This document shows positions 18,442-28,339 of a DNA stretch of 64,000 nt, one piece after another; positions within the stretch are counted from its first letter, which is position 1, and the number at the start of each line of letters is the position of its first letter. Below the pieces are notes generated by a model. It worked only from the letters and a program-made list of their open reading frames with translations, made no database searches and was not told where the DNA came from. This stretch comes from Candidatus Bathyarchaeia archaeon (lineage in GTDB: Archaea; Thermoproteota; Bathyarchaeia; Bathyarchaeales; Bathycorpusculaceae): the NCBI GenBank assembly GCA_038882955.1, contig JAVZNC010000005.1, forward strand, positions 1 through 64,000. The letters run 5' to 3'. The translations under genes and the position numbers were made by a program.

Positions 18442-19476
18442 ATGGCTAGGCTTGCCGAGCTTCGGTTTGCCATGGGAACATCCATTTTCCTAGTGGCATT
18501 TATATTTGCAGTATTTTTGTTAGCGATAATGGTTGTTTTTAGTTTCCCGTTGGAGTGGGCTGTGGTCGGCACGGTTCTATTCATACTTTTCCAGTATCTT
18601 GTAGGTCCAGCAGTCGTTGAAAGTTCAACAAGGCTTCGCTACTTGGAGTCTGGCGAGAACCCTTGGCTTGAGTCAACTGTTAGGGAGTTGGCGGACAAGA
18701 GCGGAATTCCGATGCCGCGGTTGGCAATGGTTCCAGACGATACACCTAACGCCTTTGTTTTTGGAAGGACAGCCAAAAGCGCAACCTTGGCTGTTCATGA
18801 GGGACTCTTGAAGAAGCTTAACAAGGATGAAGTTAAGGGCGTTATTGGACACGAATTGGGACATATTAAGCATAAGGATTACGTGGTTATGACGGTCCTT
18901 TCAGCGCTGCCTCTCCTTGCATATTTAATTGCGAGGGGAACGTGGGAAGTTGCAAGACACGCTGGCTCCTCTAGTAAGAAGGAGGAAGGGAGCATAAAAG
19001 CTGCTTTCTTCGCGGTAGCCATAATCTCATACATAGTTTACATAGTTTCACTTTTCTGTGTCATGCGTCTAAGTAGACTTAGAGAACATTATGCAGATGC
19101 TTATTCAGCGTATGTTACTGGTTCACCAAGGAGCCTCCAAAGCGCATTAGCGAAAATCACTTATGGTTTGTCTCTTTCGCCTAAACCCACGTCTGGCGCA
19201 AGAGCGTTCTATATAGGTGACCCAGCAATGGCTAAGCAGGAAGTGCAGATGATAATGGAAAAAAAGGAGGAATACGACTTGGACAAGGATGGTGTGCTTG
19301 ATGAGAGAGAGTTGGAAATTGCCATGGAGAAAGAGGCGAAGTCCGCTTGGGTGAAAATAAACACTTGGTTTGCAACGCATCCGCCAACTTTTAAGCGGAT
19401 ATTGCTTTTGCGGGAAATTGAGATGGAGATGGAAAGTGGCAGATACACGAGCGACCGCGTTTACGCGCACATTTAG
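18442..19476 (+). CDS. htpX: HtpX-family membrane zinc metalloprotease (M48)
   Basis: Motifs PNAF, HELGH, SRLREHYAD and THPP. Confidence 0.92.
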   Translation: MARLAELRFAMGTSIFLVAFIFAVFLLAIMVVFSFPLEWAVVGTVLFILFQYLVGPAVVESSTRLRYLESGENPWLESTVRELADKSGIPMPRLAMVPDDTPNAFVFGRTAKSATLAVHEGLLKKLNKDEVKGVIGHELGHIKHKDYVVMTVLSALPLLAYLIARGTWEVARHAGSSSKKEEGSIKAAFFAVAIISYIVYIVSLFCVMRLSRLREHYADAYSAYVTGSPRSLQSALAKITYGLSLSPKPTSGARAFYIGDPAMAKQEVQMIMEKKEEYDLDKDGVLDERELEIAMEKEAKSAWVKINTWFATHPPTFKRILLLREIEMEMESGRYTSDRVYAHI

Positions 19477-20102
19477 TATTCGCTAAGGCGTTTGTTTACA
19501 AAATTAACTAGGTTGCTTGATGCCTTATTGTCCATGTCAAATTGAAAAACACCATCAGTCCAGCGTTCTGCAAGTTTAATTAAGACTATATCAAAATCTC
19601 TGATCAGGTATACAAGTACGCACTTTGCCTTTGGATTCCATTGTTTCAGAAACGCAAATGAGGCTAGTGCTGTTTTTAGGCGTGCAGCATCCAACTCGAC
19701 TTTTGCTTCAAAAACCATTTTCGGTTCAACAAAATCGTTCAATTTTTTACCTATGGAAACATCAAACTCCATTGCATATTCGTTTTTGCCTTCACGCCAA
19801 ACTATGCACTTTTCACCCCAAAAAGTTTGGAGATTTTTTGGTATGGCGACTCTTTTGTTTATTAGTCTGTAAACGTATTCTTCGAACGCATATGCACGAA
19901 ACTTGCCGAAAAATTGTGGAACACCAATCTTGTCTTTGTTTTCTTTTATTGTTTCGAGAAAATGCAGAAAATCTTGCAGATTGAGAGTCGTTGACCACTT
20001 GTCATAATGCTGCTTCAACTCTTCGCCGAGTATGCGTTTTGCTTTTTCTTTGCTTGAGCACAAAGCTTCTATGTAGTTGATAGCACGTTTGATTCTTGGC
20101 AA
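19473..20102 (-). CDS. Putative PD-(D/E)XK restriction-endonuclease-fold protein
   Basis: Pattern AFEEYV ... EFDVSI ... VFEAKV (E, D, ExK). No methyltransferase lies nearby. Confidence 0.6.
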   Translation of the reverse strand: MPRIKRAINYIEALCSSKEKAKRILGEELKQHYDKWSTTLNLQDFLHFLETIKENKDKIGVPQFFGKFRAYAFEEYVYRLINKRVAIPKNLQTFWGEKCIVWREGKNEYAMEFDVSIGKKLNDFVEPKMVFEAKVELDAARLKTALASFAFLKQWNPKAKCVLVYLIRDFDIVLIKLAERWTDGVFQFDMDNKASSNLVNFVNKRLSEY

Positions 20103-20176
20103 GCTTTCTTCCCCAAAACTCTTTTACACAAAGCAAATTTATTACCTTCCGTTTAAAGAGTTGTGAGGCGCAAAGT

Positions 20177-20875
20177 TTGAAGGTTAAACTTCTCCGCTAC
20201 ACAATGGATGCAGAGCTCCTATGCGGAGCCGCCGCCCTAACATCAACAAAAAGCGGAAGTCCATCCGAAATTTTTGAAAAAATGGACTTGGATGCGGCAA
20301 AGCGAATAATTGAAAGGGTGACTGGGTACGGGCACATGTCGGTTATAGAACACGCTTCCTTCACATTTAGCATTGAAGGCGTTTCAAGAGCCATGACACA
20401 CCAGCTTGTTAGGCACCGCCTCGCCTCTTATACGCAGCAGAGCCAACGTTATGTGGCTTATGACACACTTGAAAAGTTTGTTACACCGCCGAATATCGCA
20501 AAAAATGATGCAGCAAAAAGGGTTTTTGACGATGTTTTGGAGAAAATTTCCGAGGCGTACAGGAAACTTTTGGATATGGGCATTCCAAAGGAAGATGCAA
20601 GGTTTATTCTTCCAAACGCCGCAAAAACGAACATAATTGTGACCATGAACGCGCGGGAACTGCGACACTTCTTTAACCTGCGCTGTTGCAACCGAGCACA
20701 ATGGGAAATAAGGGAAGTAGCTATTGAGATGCTGAAACAGGCAAGAAAAGCGGCACCAGCGCTTTTCGAGAATGCTGGACCGACATGCGTCGAGTTGGGC
20801 TACTGTCCAGAGGGCAAAATGAAACCTCCGGAATGCAACATTGAAGATATCAAGAAGCAGTTCAAAAGTCTATAG
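20177..20875 (+). CDS. thyX: FAD-dependent thymidylate synthase
   Basis: Motifs GHMSVIEHASFTF, HQLVRHRLASYTQQSQRY, EDARFILP and AQWEIR. Confidence 0.96.
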   Translation: MKVKLLRYTMDAELLCGAAALTSTKSGSPSEIFEKMDLDAAKRIIERVTGYGHMSVIEHASFTFSIEGVSRAMTHQLVRHRLASYTQQSQRYVAYDTLEKFVTPPNIAKNDAAKRVFDDVLEKISEAYRKLLDMGIPKEDARFILPNAAKTNIIVTMNARELRHFFNLRCCNRAQWEIREVAIEMLKQARKAAPALFENAGPTCVELGYCPEGKMKPPECNIEDIKKQFKSL

Positions 20876-20894
20876 ACTTAAAGCAGCGGTTTAA

Positions 20895-21758
20895 ATGCCG
20901 AACTATAGGGCTATTGCGATTGCAACGCGTTACTGGAGACCTGGAACAGATTATGTGGATGAAATTGTCAGAAGCGTTAATGGAAGATTGGATGATGGAG
21001 ATTTTGTTGTAGTATCTGAGAAGGCGATATCTATCGCATCAAAGAACATTGTTGACGAGAGCAAGGTTAAGCCAAGCCTAACGGCGAAAGTGATTGCATG
21101 GTTTTGGATGCGTATGGTATGGGGTTACTTTCTGGGTCCAATCTGCAAATTTCGGAAAGGTCTGCTTGCAAATATTCGCGAATATCCATTTAAGGAGGGA
21201 AGTCGCCACAAGCAAGTTGCGCTGCAAAATGTTGGGTTTTTGCAGTCTTTGATGTTTGGTTCTGAAGGCGGCATAGACGGAAGCAACCTCGCCTATTCAT
21301 ATGTGAGTTTACCTCTTGGAGACGCAGACAAAATAGCAAGCAAAATAAGAGGACACATACGCTTAAGATTGCAAAAGGATGTTTTGGTCATTATCGCGGA
21401 TACTGATAAGACGTTCTCCATAAGAAACTTCCATTTCACGCACCGAAAGAAAACAGTCAAAGGTATACGCTGTTTTGGCTTTGCCGCCTACGTCATTGGA
21501 AGGATTCTTGAACTTAAGAGGAGGGCAACACCAGTAGCTGTGGCTGGACCGAAAATACCAGTTGAAGTTGCCTTGGACATTGCCGAGTTGGCGAACCGTG
21601 CGAGGGGGTTTGGCGCGGGTTCAACTGTTTGGGACATGGCTAGAAGGTTTAAAGTTGGCTTGACTGAAGTTAGTTGGGAGATGCTTGAAACAGTAAAGCA
21701 TAAACCCATAGTAGTTGTTAAAAGGCAAAAGGTGACCTTGCGTGGAGAAAGCGATTAA
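20895..21758 (+). CDS. CofE (F420-0:gamma-glutamyl ligase)-like protein
   Basis: Motifs DFVVVSEKAIS, GGIDGSN, VIIADTD and TPVAVA. Confidence 0.75.
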   Translation: MPNYRAIAIATRYWRPGTDYVDEIVRSVNGRLDDGDFVVVSEKAISIASKNIVDESKVKPSLTAKVIAWFWMRMVWGYFLGPICKFRKGLLANIREYPFKEGSRHKQVALQNVGFLQSLMFGSEGGIDGSNLAYSYVSLPLGDADKIASKIRGHIRLRLQKDVLVIIADTDKTFSIRNFHFTHRKKTVKGIRCFGFAAYVIGRILELKRRATPVAVAGPKIPVEVALDIAELANRARGFGAGSTVWDMARRFKVGLTEVSWEMLETVKHKPIVVVKRQKVTLRGESD

Positions 21759-23247
21759 GCAGCTAGACGCGTTTTTTAATCCGCGCTCCGTTGCTGTGGT
21801 TGGAGCCACAAAGAGAATAAACAAGGCTGGGCACGTAATCTTCAAAAATTTTGTCGAAAACAAGAGGAGAGGCGTTTTCAAGGGAGAAGTTTTTCCAGTA
21901 AACCCCAATGAAGATTCCATTCTTGGATTTCAGTGTTACCCGTCAGTTTTGGCCATTCCTAAGAGCTTAGACCTCGTGGTTATTGTTGTCCCCGCGAATA
22001 TTGTGCCTCAAATAATGGAAGAATCCGCCTCGAAGGGCGTCAAAGCCGTTGTTATAATAAGTTCTGGTTTTGCTGAAATTGGAAATCGCGAATTTGAGAA
22101 TAAGGTTGTGGACATAGCCAAAAAGGCTGGAATACGCGTTTTAGGTCCAAACTGTTTGGGAGTTTACGATCCCAGAACCGGTGTGGACATGCTTTTCCTC
22201 CCAGAAACTAAAGTTTTAACAACTGGAGAGGAGGTTATTGCCACGCCGCGTCCTCTGCCTGGAAAAATCGCGATTGTTACCCAAAGTGGTGCATTCGGTG
22301 TTTCGGCGATAGACTATTTGACTGGAAGGCAGATTGGTTTAAGCAAATTTATAAGTTTTGGGAACAAATGTGATGTTGACGAGGCTGAAATGCTCAATTA
22401 CCTATTGTACGACAAGGAGACAAAGGTGATATTGCTTTATGTCGAGGACATAAAGTCTGGGCGGAGATTCATCGAAACTGCAAGAAAAGTAACAAAGAAA
22501 AAGCCCATCGTGGCTCTGAAGGCTGGAAGAACCGAAGCTGGAGCACGGGCTGCAGCGTCGCACACAGGGGCGATTGCTGGCTCCGATAACATTTATGATG
22601 CAGCCTTTGCCCAAACTGGAATTTTAAGGATGAGAGACATGGAAGAGTTTTTCGACGTCGGAAAAGCCTTGGCAACACAGCCACCAGCCGCTGGAAAAAA
22701 TATTGGAATTATCACTGATGCTGGTGGTCCAGGAATAATGGCTGTGGACGAATGTGAGCTTTTGGGTTTGTCTGTGAAGCGTTTTTCCGAAGAGACCGTT
22801 CAAAAGTTTGAAGAGTTAAAGGCTGAGGGAAAAATTCCAAAGTTCGCAACAAACCTTAACCCGGTGGATCTGACTGGCTCTGTGACCTCTGAAATGTTTG
22901 AGTTGGCGACGGAGATACTCTTTCAAGACCCGCAGATTCATGGTATAATATTGCTTGGTTTACATCACACGCCAGCCTTGCAAGAGGATTATATCGATAG
23001 AGTGGCGAAAGTCGCAAGTAAATATGAGAAGCCTATTGTTGCATGCGATATAGGTGAAACGGAAATGGCGTTGCACACGCGTTTTAGGTTTGACAAGCTT
23101 GGAATACCCGCCTATTCCTCGCCAGAAGATGCTGCAAGAGCGATGAATGCTCTTGTGAAGTACGGTTTATACCTTAAGAAGAACAACTGCCTAGAAGAGT
23201 ACGTAAGAAACTTTTTGAAAGGTAAACGCGTGGCAAAGTCTAGTTAA
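21742..23247 (+). CDS. acdA: ADP-forming acyl-CoA synthetase, alpha subunit
   Basis: Motifs FFNPRSVAVVGA, GPNCLG, QSGA, AASHTGAIAG (phospho-His) and NPVDLTG. Confidence 0.92.
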   Translation: MEKAIKQLDAFFNPRSVAVVGATKRINKAGHVIFKNFVENKRRGVFKGEVFPVNPNEDSILGFQCYPSVLAIPKSLDLVVIVVPANIVPQIMEESASKGVKAVVIISSGFAEIGNREFENKVVDIAKKAGIRVLGPNCLGVYDPRTGVDMLFLPETKVLTTGEEVIATPRPLPGKIAIVTQSGAFGVSAIDYLTGRQIGLSKFISFGNKCDVDEAEMLNYLLYDKETKVILLYVEDIKSGRRFIETARKVTKKKPIVALKAGRTEAGARAAASHTGAIAGSDNIYDAAFAQTGILRMRDMEEFFDVGKALATQPPAAGKNIGIITDAGGPGIMAVDECELLGLSVKRFSEETVQKFEELKAEGKIPKFATNLNPVDLTGSVTSEMFELATEILFQDPQIHGIILLGLHHTPALQEDYIDRVAKVASKYEKPIVACDIGETEMALHTRFRFDKLGIPAYSSPEDAARAMNALVKYGLYLKKNNCLEEYVRNFLKGKRVAKSS

Positions 23248-23286
23248 AAATACATCAAATTTTGGTTGCGCGAATACTGCAAAATT

Positions 23287-23316
23287 GATAGCCCTCTCTA
23301 GATTTTTGGTTGCGAA
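23287..23316. repeat. Dispersed intergenic repeat, copy A
   Basis: GATAGCCCTCTCTAGATTTTTGGTTGCGAA, similar to 45706-45735 and 63936-63962. Confidence 0.55.
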
Positions 23317-23338
23317 TTGGTTGTTATTCGAAATGTTG

Positions 23339-23749
23339 TCATGTTGAAATTCTTATTTTGATGGTGTCGCCATCTTTTAGTTGAAATTTTTCTCTAAGGT
23401 TTATGGGGGCGATTATTTCAATTACATTTTCTGGGTAGCCGTCAACTTCTGGAATGACTATTGCGCATTCTAGTTTGTCCATAAAAGCTGCTTTGAAGAG
23501 TTTTCCTTGGCAGAATCCTTCTTGTGGAATTATTTTTATGGCTTCTGCTTTGTTCATGACGCGTCTTTTAAGGGTTAAACCTTTTTTGTCCAGTCTTATG
23601 TTTAAGGTTCCATTGTACGGTGTGAAGCCTAACTTTTCGGTTATCTGCCTTTTCACCCATGGAAGGCTAACGAATTCTGCGCCTTTCCCGCTTCCAGAGA
23701 AGATTTTGCCTTCAAGTTGCGCCTCTGTTATTTTTGTTCTTTTAGCCAA
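23339..23749 (-). CDS. ribK: CTP-dependent riboflavin kinase (no HTH domain)
   Basis: Motifs GKIFSGSGKG, LGFTPYNGTLNI and EIIAPINLRE. Confidence 0.9.
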   Translation of the reverse strand: MAKRTKITEAQLEGKIFSGSGKGAEFVSLPWVKRQITEKLGFTPYNGTLNIRLDKKGLTLKRRVMNKAEAIKIIPQEGFCQGKLFKAAFMDKLECAIVIPEVDGYPENVIEIIAPINLREKFQLKDGDTIKIRIST

Positions 23750-24096
23750 TTTGCAACCTTTCTGAACATGGGGTTAGAGGACATGTCAATAACTGGGACA
23801 ATTATCTTTTCTCTTGTTTCTATTGTCTGCTGATACTTTGGCATAAACGCATAACCAACAAAGGTCCAGTAAACCCGATTCTCTTCGACAAGCGCTTTTG
23901 CAGCGACTTCGGTTGAAGCTGGAAGCGGAAAATAAAGGAAAACCACGCCTTCAGCCCAGTAAAGCCCAGCTGGTTTGCCACCAGCAATTACGGACACAAA
24001 CCTTGCAATGTCATCTGGAGTGGAGAAAAAGTTGCGCTCCATAATCACAATTTCCTTGAAAGGCTCAAATTTTATTTCCACGTCACCTTCGCTCAT
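23728..24096 (-). CDS. Hypothetical protein
   Basis: 122-aa ORF with globular composition (LYWAEGVVF), overlapping ribK. Confidence 0.7.
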   Translation of the reverse strand: MSEGDVEIKFEPFKEIVIMERNFFSTPDDIARFVSVIAGGKPAGLYWAEGVVFLYFPLPASTEVAAKALVEENRVYWTFVGYAFMPKYQQTIETREKIIVPVIDMSSNPMFRKVANWLKEQK

Positions 24097-24216
24097 ACAG
24101 ACACGTTCCCAAACAGTCTTCTCTTTTAATGTTCCCTTTTAATTTTGCTATACCTCTAGAAAAAGTTAAAGAGGCGTTCGAACCTAAACCATTGACAAAA
24201 TGTCCTTAAAAAGAGA

Positions 24217-25305
24217 GTGTTATGTTTGCCAGAAATCCGCGTAGCAATAGTTGGCGTCGGCAACAGCGCCTCAGCCCTAATCCAAGGAGTAGAATACTAC
24301 AAAAACGCGAAAGAAGACGCAACTGTTCCAGGGCTGATGCACGTTAACTTTGGAGGATACCACATAAGAGACGTGAAGTTCGTCGCGGCGTTTGACGTGA
24401 ACAAGAACAAAATTGGAAAAGACCTTTCTGAAGCAATATTCACCGAGCCAAACTGTGTGGCGAAATTTGCAGAAGTCCCACATTTAGGCGTGAAAGTTTC
24501 TCCTGGACCAATATTGGACGGCGTAGCCGAACACATGAAGGCGCCTTTCAACGTTTACGATGACAGCCAAACCCGAAAAGAGGATGTCATAAAGGTTTTG
24601 AAGGAATCAAACGCAGAAATTCTAATAAACTATCTGCCAGTTGGAAGTTGGAACGCCACGCGCTTTTATGCGCAAGCGGCTTTGGATGCTGGATGCGCCC
24701 TAATAAACTGTATGCCAGAATTCATAGCTTCAGATCCAGCGTGGAGCAAAAAATTCGAGGAGAAAGGATTGCCAGTTGCTGGAGACGACATCAAAAGCCA
24801 ACTGGGCGCGACCATACTGCACAGGAACTTGGTTAGGCTTTGCGTTGACAGAGGCGTAATGGTTGACGAAACCTACCAGCTTAACCTTGGAGGCGACACA
24901 GACTTTCTGAACATGACCGTTGAGGAACGCCTAAAGACAAAGCGCATAAGCAAAACAGAAGCCGTCAAAAGCCTCGTGCCATACGACTTGCCAACGCGCA
25001 TAGGACCATCAGACTACGTTTCCTTCTTGGGAAACAAAAAGATATGTTACATATGGCTTAAAGGCAGAAAATTCGGCGACAGACCACTAACAATCTCTGT
25101 CAAGCTTGAAGTTGAGGATTCGCCGAACAGCGCAGGAGTCGTAATCGACGTTATAAGAGCCATGAAGCTGGCTTTAAACCGCAAAATTTCAGGACCACTA
25201 ATAAGCATATCGTCATATGCCTTCAAACACCCGCCAATTCAAGTTCCAGACCCAGAGGCGAAAATTTGGGTTGAAGACTACATAAAGGGAAAAAGAGAAA
25301 GATAA
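24217..25305 (+). CDS. ino1: myo-inositol-1-phosphate synthase
   Basis: Motifs VAIVGVGNSAS, INYLPVGS, GDDIKSQLGAT, GGDTDFLNM and DSPNSAG. The start may be 24226. Confidence 0.95.
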   Translation: MLCLPEIRVAIVGVGNSASALIQGVEYYKNAKEDATVPGLMHVNFGGYHIRDVKFVAAFDVNKNKIGKDLSEAIFTEPNCVAKFAEVPHLGVKVSPGPILDGVAEHMKAPFNVYDDSQTRKEDVIKVLKESNAEILINYLPVGSWNATRFYAQAALDAGCALINCMPEFIASDPAWSKKFEEKGLPVAGDDIKSQLGATILHRNLVRLCVDRGVMVDETYQLNLGGDTDFLNMTVEERLKTKRISKTEAVKSLVPYDLPTRIGPSDYVSFLGNKKICYIWLKGRKFGDRPLTISVKLEVEDSPNSAGVVIDVIRAMKLALNRKISGPLISISSYAFKHPPIQVPDPEAKIWVEDYIKGKRER

Positions 25306-25424
25306 AACCACAAATGCCTAACGGTTCTAAAAGCCTATTTTAGCTCAATTATGGCGTAAAGTAACAGTTAATTTTTAATGGTTGAAGCGCGAAAGAATAA
25401 CAGCTAATTAAGAGGTGAACAAAC

Positions 25425-25835
25425 ATGGTGAAGGTTGACGGGTACGATGTGCCAGAAGGCCTCTACTACACAAAGGATTTTGAGTGGGCAAAAATTGAAG
25501 GAGACAAAGTGCGCATCGGCATAACAGACTACGCGCAAAAGCAGCTCCGCGAAATAGTCTATGCAGAGCTTCCAAGCGCTGGAACAACAATAAAACAAAA
25601 CGAGCCCTATGGGACAGTTGAGTCTGTCAAGGCTGTTTCGGACCTTGTTGCGCCGATAAGCGGAACAGTGCTGGAAGTTAACGCGGAGGTTCAGTCAAAA
25701 CCAGAAATCCTAAACGAAGACCCATACGGGAAGGGCTGGCTACTATTGGTAAAGCCTTCGAATCTTCAGGCTGAACTGGCAAACATAATGGACTTTAATA
25801 AGGCGGTCGAGTGGCACAAAAGCTTACTCAAGTAA
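25425..25835 (+). CDS. gcvH: Glycine cleavage system H protein (lipoyl carrier)
   Basis: Motifs RIGITDYAQ, VESVKA (lipoyl Lys) and NEDPYGKGWL. Confidence 0.95.
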   Translation: MVKVDGYDVPEGLYYTKDFEWAKIEGDKVRIGITDYAQKQLREIVYAELPSAGTTIKQNEPYGTVESVKAVSDLVAPISGTVLEVNAEVQSKPEILNEDPYGKGWLLLVKPSNLQAELANIMDFNKAVEWHKSLLK

Positions 25836-25849
25836 AGAAGGATTAGACG

Positions 25850-27196
25850 ATGCCAAGACGAATAGTTATAATTGGGGCGCATGCCGCTGGAGTTGACGCA
25901 GCCTCGGCGGCGAGAAAAACCGATAGGACTGCAGAGATAACGCTGATAACAGAAGAGAAGTATGCCGGCTATTCACGTTGTGGACTACCCTTCGTCATAG
26001 GCGGGCAAATACCAAGCTTCCAAAACCTCATAGTTTTTCCGCCATCCTACTTCCAAATGATGAAGCTAAACCTAAGAACCGAAACAAAAGTTACTGCAAT
26101 AGACACTGGCAAAAAAACTGTTGAAACTGTGGATAAGGATGGCAAAAGTGAAACCCTCACATACGACAGCCTAATAATAGCGACGGGTGCAAGCAGCTTC
26201 ATCCCACCAATAAAGGGCAAAGAGAAAGCGGGCATCCACTCACTTCGCACAATAGAAGACGGCGAAGGAATCGCTCAAGCCGTAAAGGAAGGTGCAAGAA
26301 AAGCAGTGATTATGGGCGCTGGTTTAATCGGCTTGGAAACAGCCGTAGCCCTAAAGGAAAGAGGCTTGGAGGTGATTGTTGTGGAGTTGCTGCCCCAAAT
26401 CCTGCCGCAAATGTTGGACGCGGATATGGCTAAAGTTGTCCAAGAGATGCTTCAGCAAAGGGGAATCAACATCCTTATTGGGAAGGGCGTTGAAGAGTTC
26501 CTCGGAACAGACAAAGTAATTGGCATCGTCGCTGGAGGCGAGCAGATAAACGCAGACCTATTCATAAGCGCCTTTGGCGTTAGGGCAAACACGCAACTTG
26601 CCGTGAATGCGAAAATAGACTTAGGAGAGACAAGAGCCATCAAAACAAATGCTAGAATGGAAACAAGCGCAAAAGACGTTTACGCCGTCGGCGACTGCGC
26701 AGAATCAACACACATTGTCACGCAAAAACCTGCCCTTCAACAGTTGGGCACTGTTGCGGTTAGACATGGAAAGGTTGCTGGAATAAATGCGGCTGGAGGA
26801 TACGCGCTTTTCACTGGAGTTTTAGGCTCCGCTGTGACAAGGCTTTTCGACATGGATATTGGCGCCACAGGCTTAACTGAAAACGCTGCGCAAAGGGCAA
26901 GAATTGAAACTGTTACTGGAACGATTTCCTCGAAGACAAAGGCGGATTACTATCCGGGCGCTTTGCCAATAAAAGTGAAGCTGGTCGTTGAAAGGGAGTC
27001 TGAAAGGGTTATAGGCGCTCAGATAATTGGCGGAGAAGAGGTGACGCAGCGAATAAATGCCATATCATTAGCTATACAAAAGCAAATGACAGTTAAAGAG
27101 TTGGCGAAGGCAGACACAGCCTACGCGCCGCCCCTATGCGAAACTTGGGAACCATTTGTTCTGGCTGCTGAAATGGTTCTAATGAAACTTCGATAG
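25850..27196 (+). CDS. CoA-disulfide reductase / NADH oxidase family flavoprotein
   Basis: Motifs YSRCGLP (redox Cys), GAGLIGLE, YAVGDC and a C-terminal AYAPP. Confidence 0.9.
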   Translation: MPRRIVIIGAHAAGVDAASAARKTDRTAEITLITEEKYAGYSRCGLPFVIGGQIPSFQNLIVFPPSYFQMMKLNLRTETKVTAIDTGKKTVETVDKDGKSETLTYDSLIIATGASSFIPPIKGKEKAGIHSLRTIEDGEGIAQAVKEGARKAVIMGAGLIGLETAVALKERGLEVIVVELLPQILPQMLDADMAKVVQEMLQQRGINILIGKGVEEFLGTDKVIGIVAGGEQINADLFISAFGVRANTQLAVNAKIDLGETRAIKTNARMETSAKDVYAVGDCAESTHIVTQKPALQQLGTVAVRHGKVAGINAAGGYALFTGVLGSAVTRLFDMDIGATGLTENAAQRARIETVTGTISSKTKADYYPGALPIKVKLVVERESERVIGAQIIGGEEVTQRINAISLAIQKQMTVKELAKADTAYAPPLCETWEPFVLAAEMVLMKLR

Positions 27197-27256
27197 CGTA
27201 AAAATTAATTAGCCAAGTTAGACATTTAAAGCAGATATAACATAAGGGTGGTTTAA

Positions 27257-28270
<1,014 letters not shown>

Positions 28271-28339
28271 AGGCTTCAAGGCTTAAATTTAAACAAACTT
28301 CCCCGTATTTTTTATTTTGTAAGGTTAGAGGGATGAGAA

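Noticed and set aside
23259-23316. CRISPR array
   Set aside because: At most two degenerate units occur per locus, spacing is inconsistent, and no cas genes are present.
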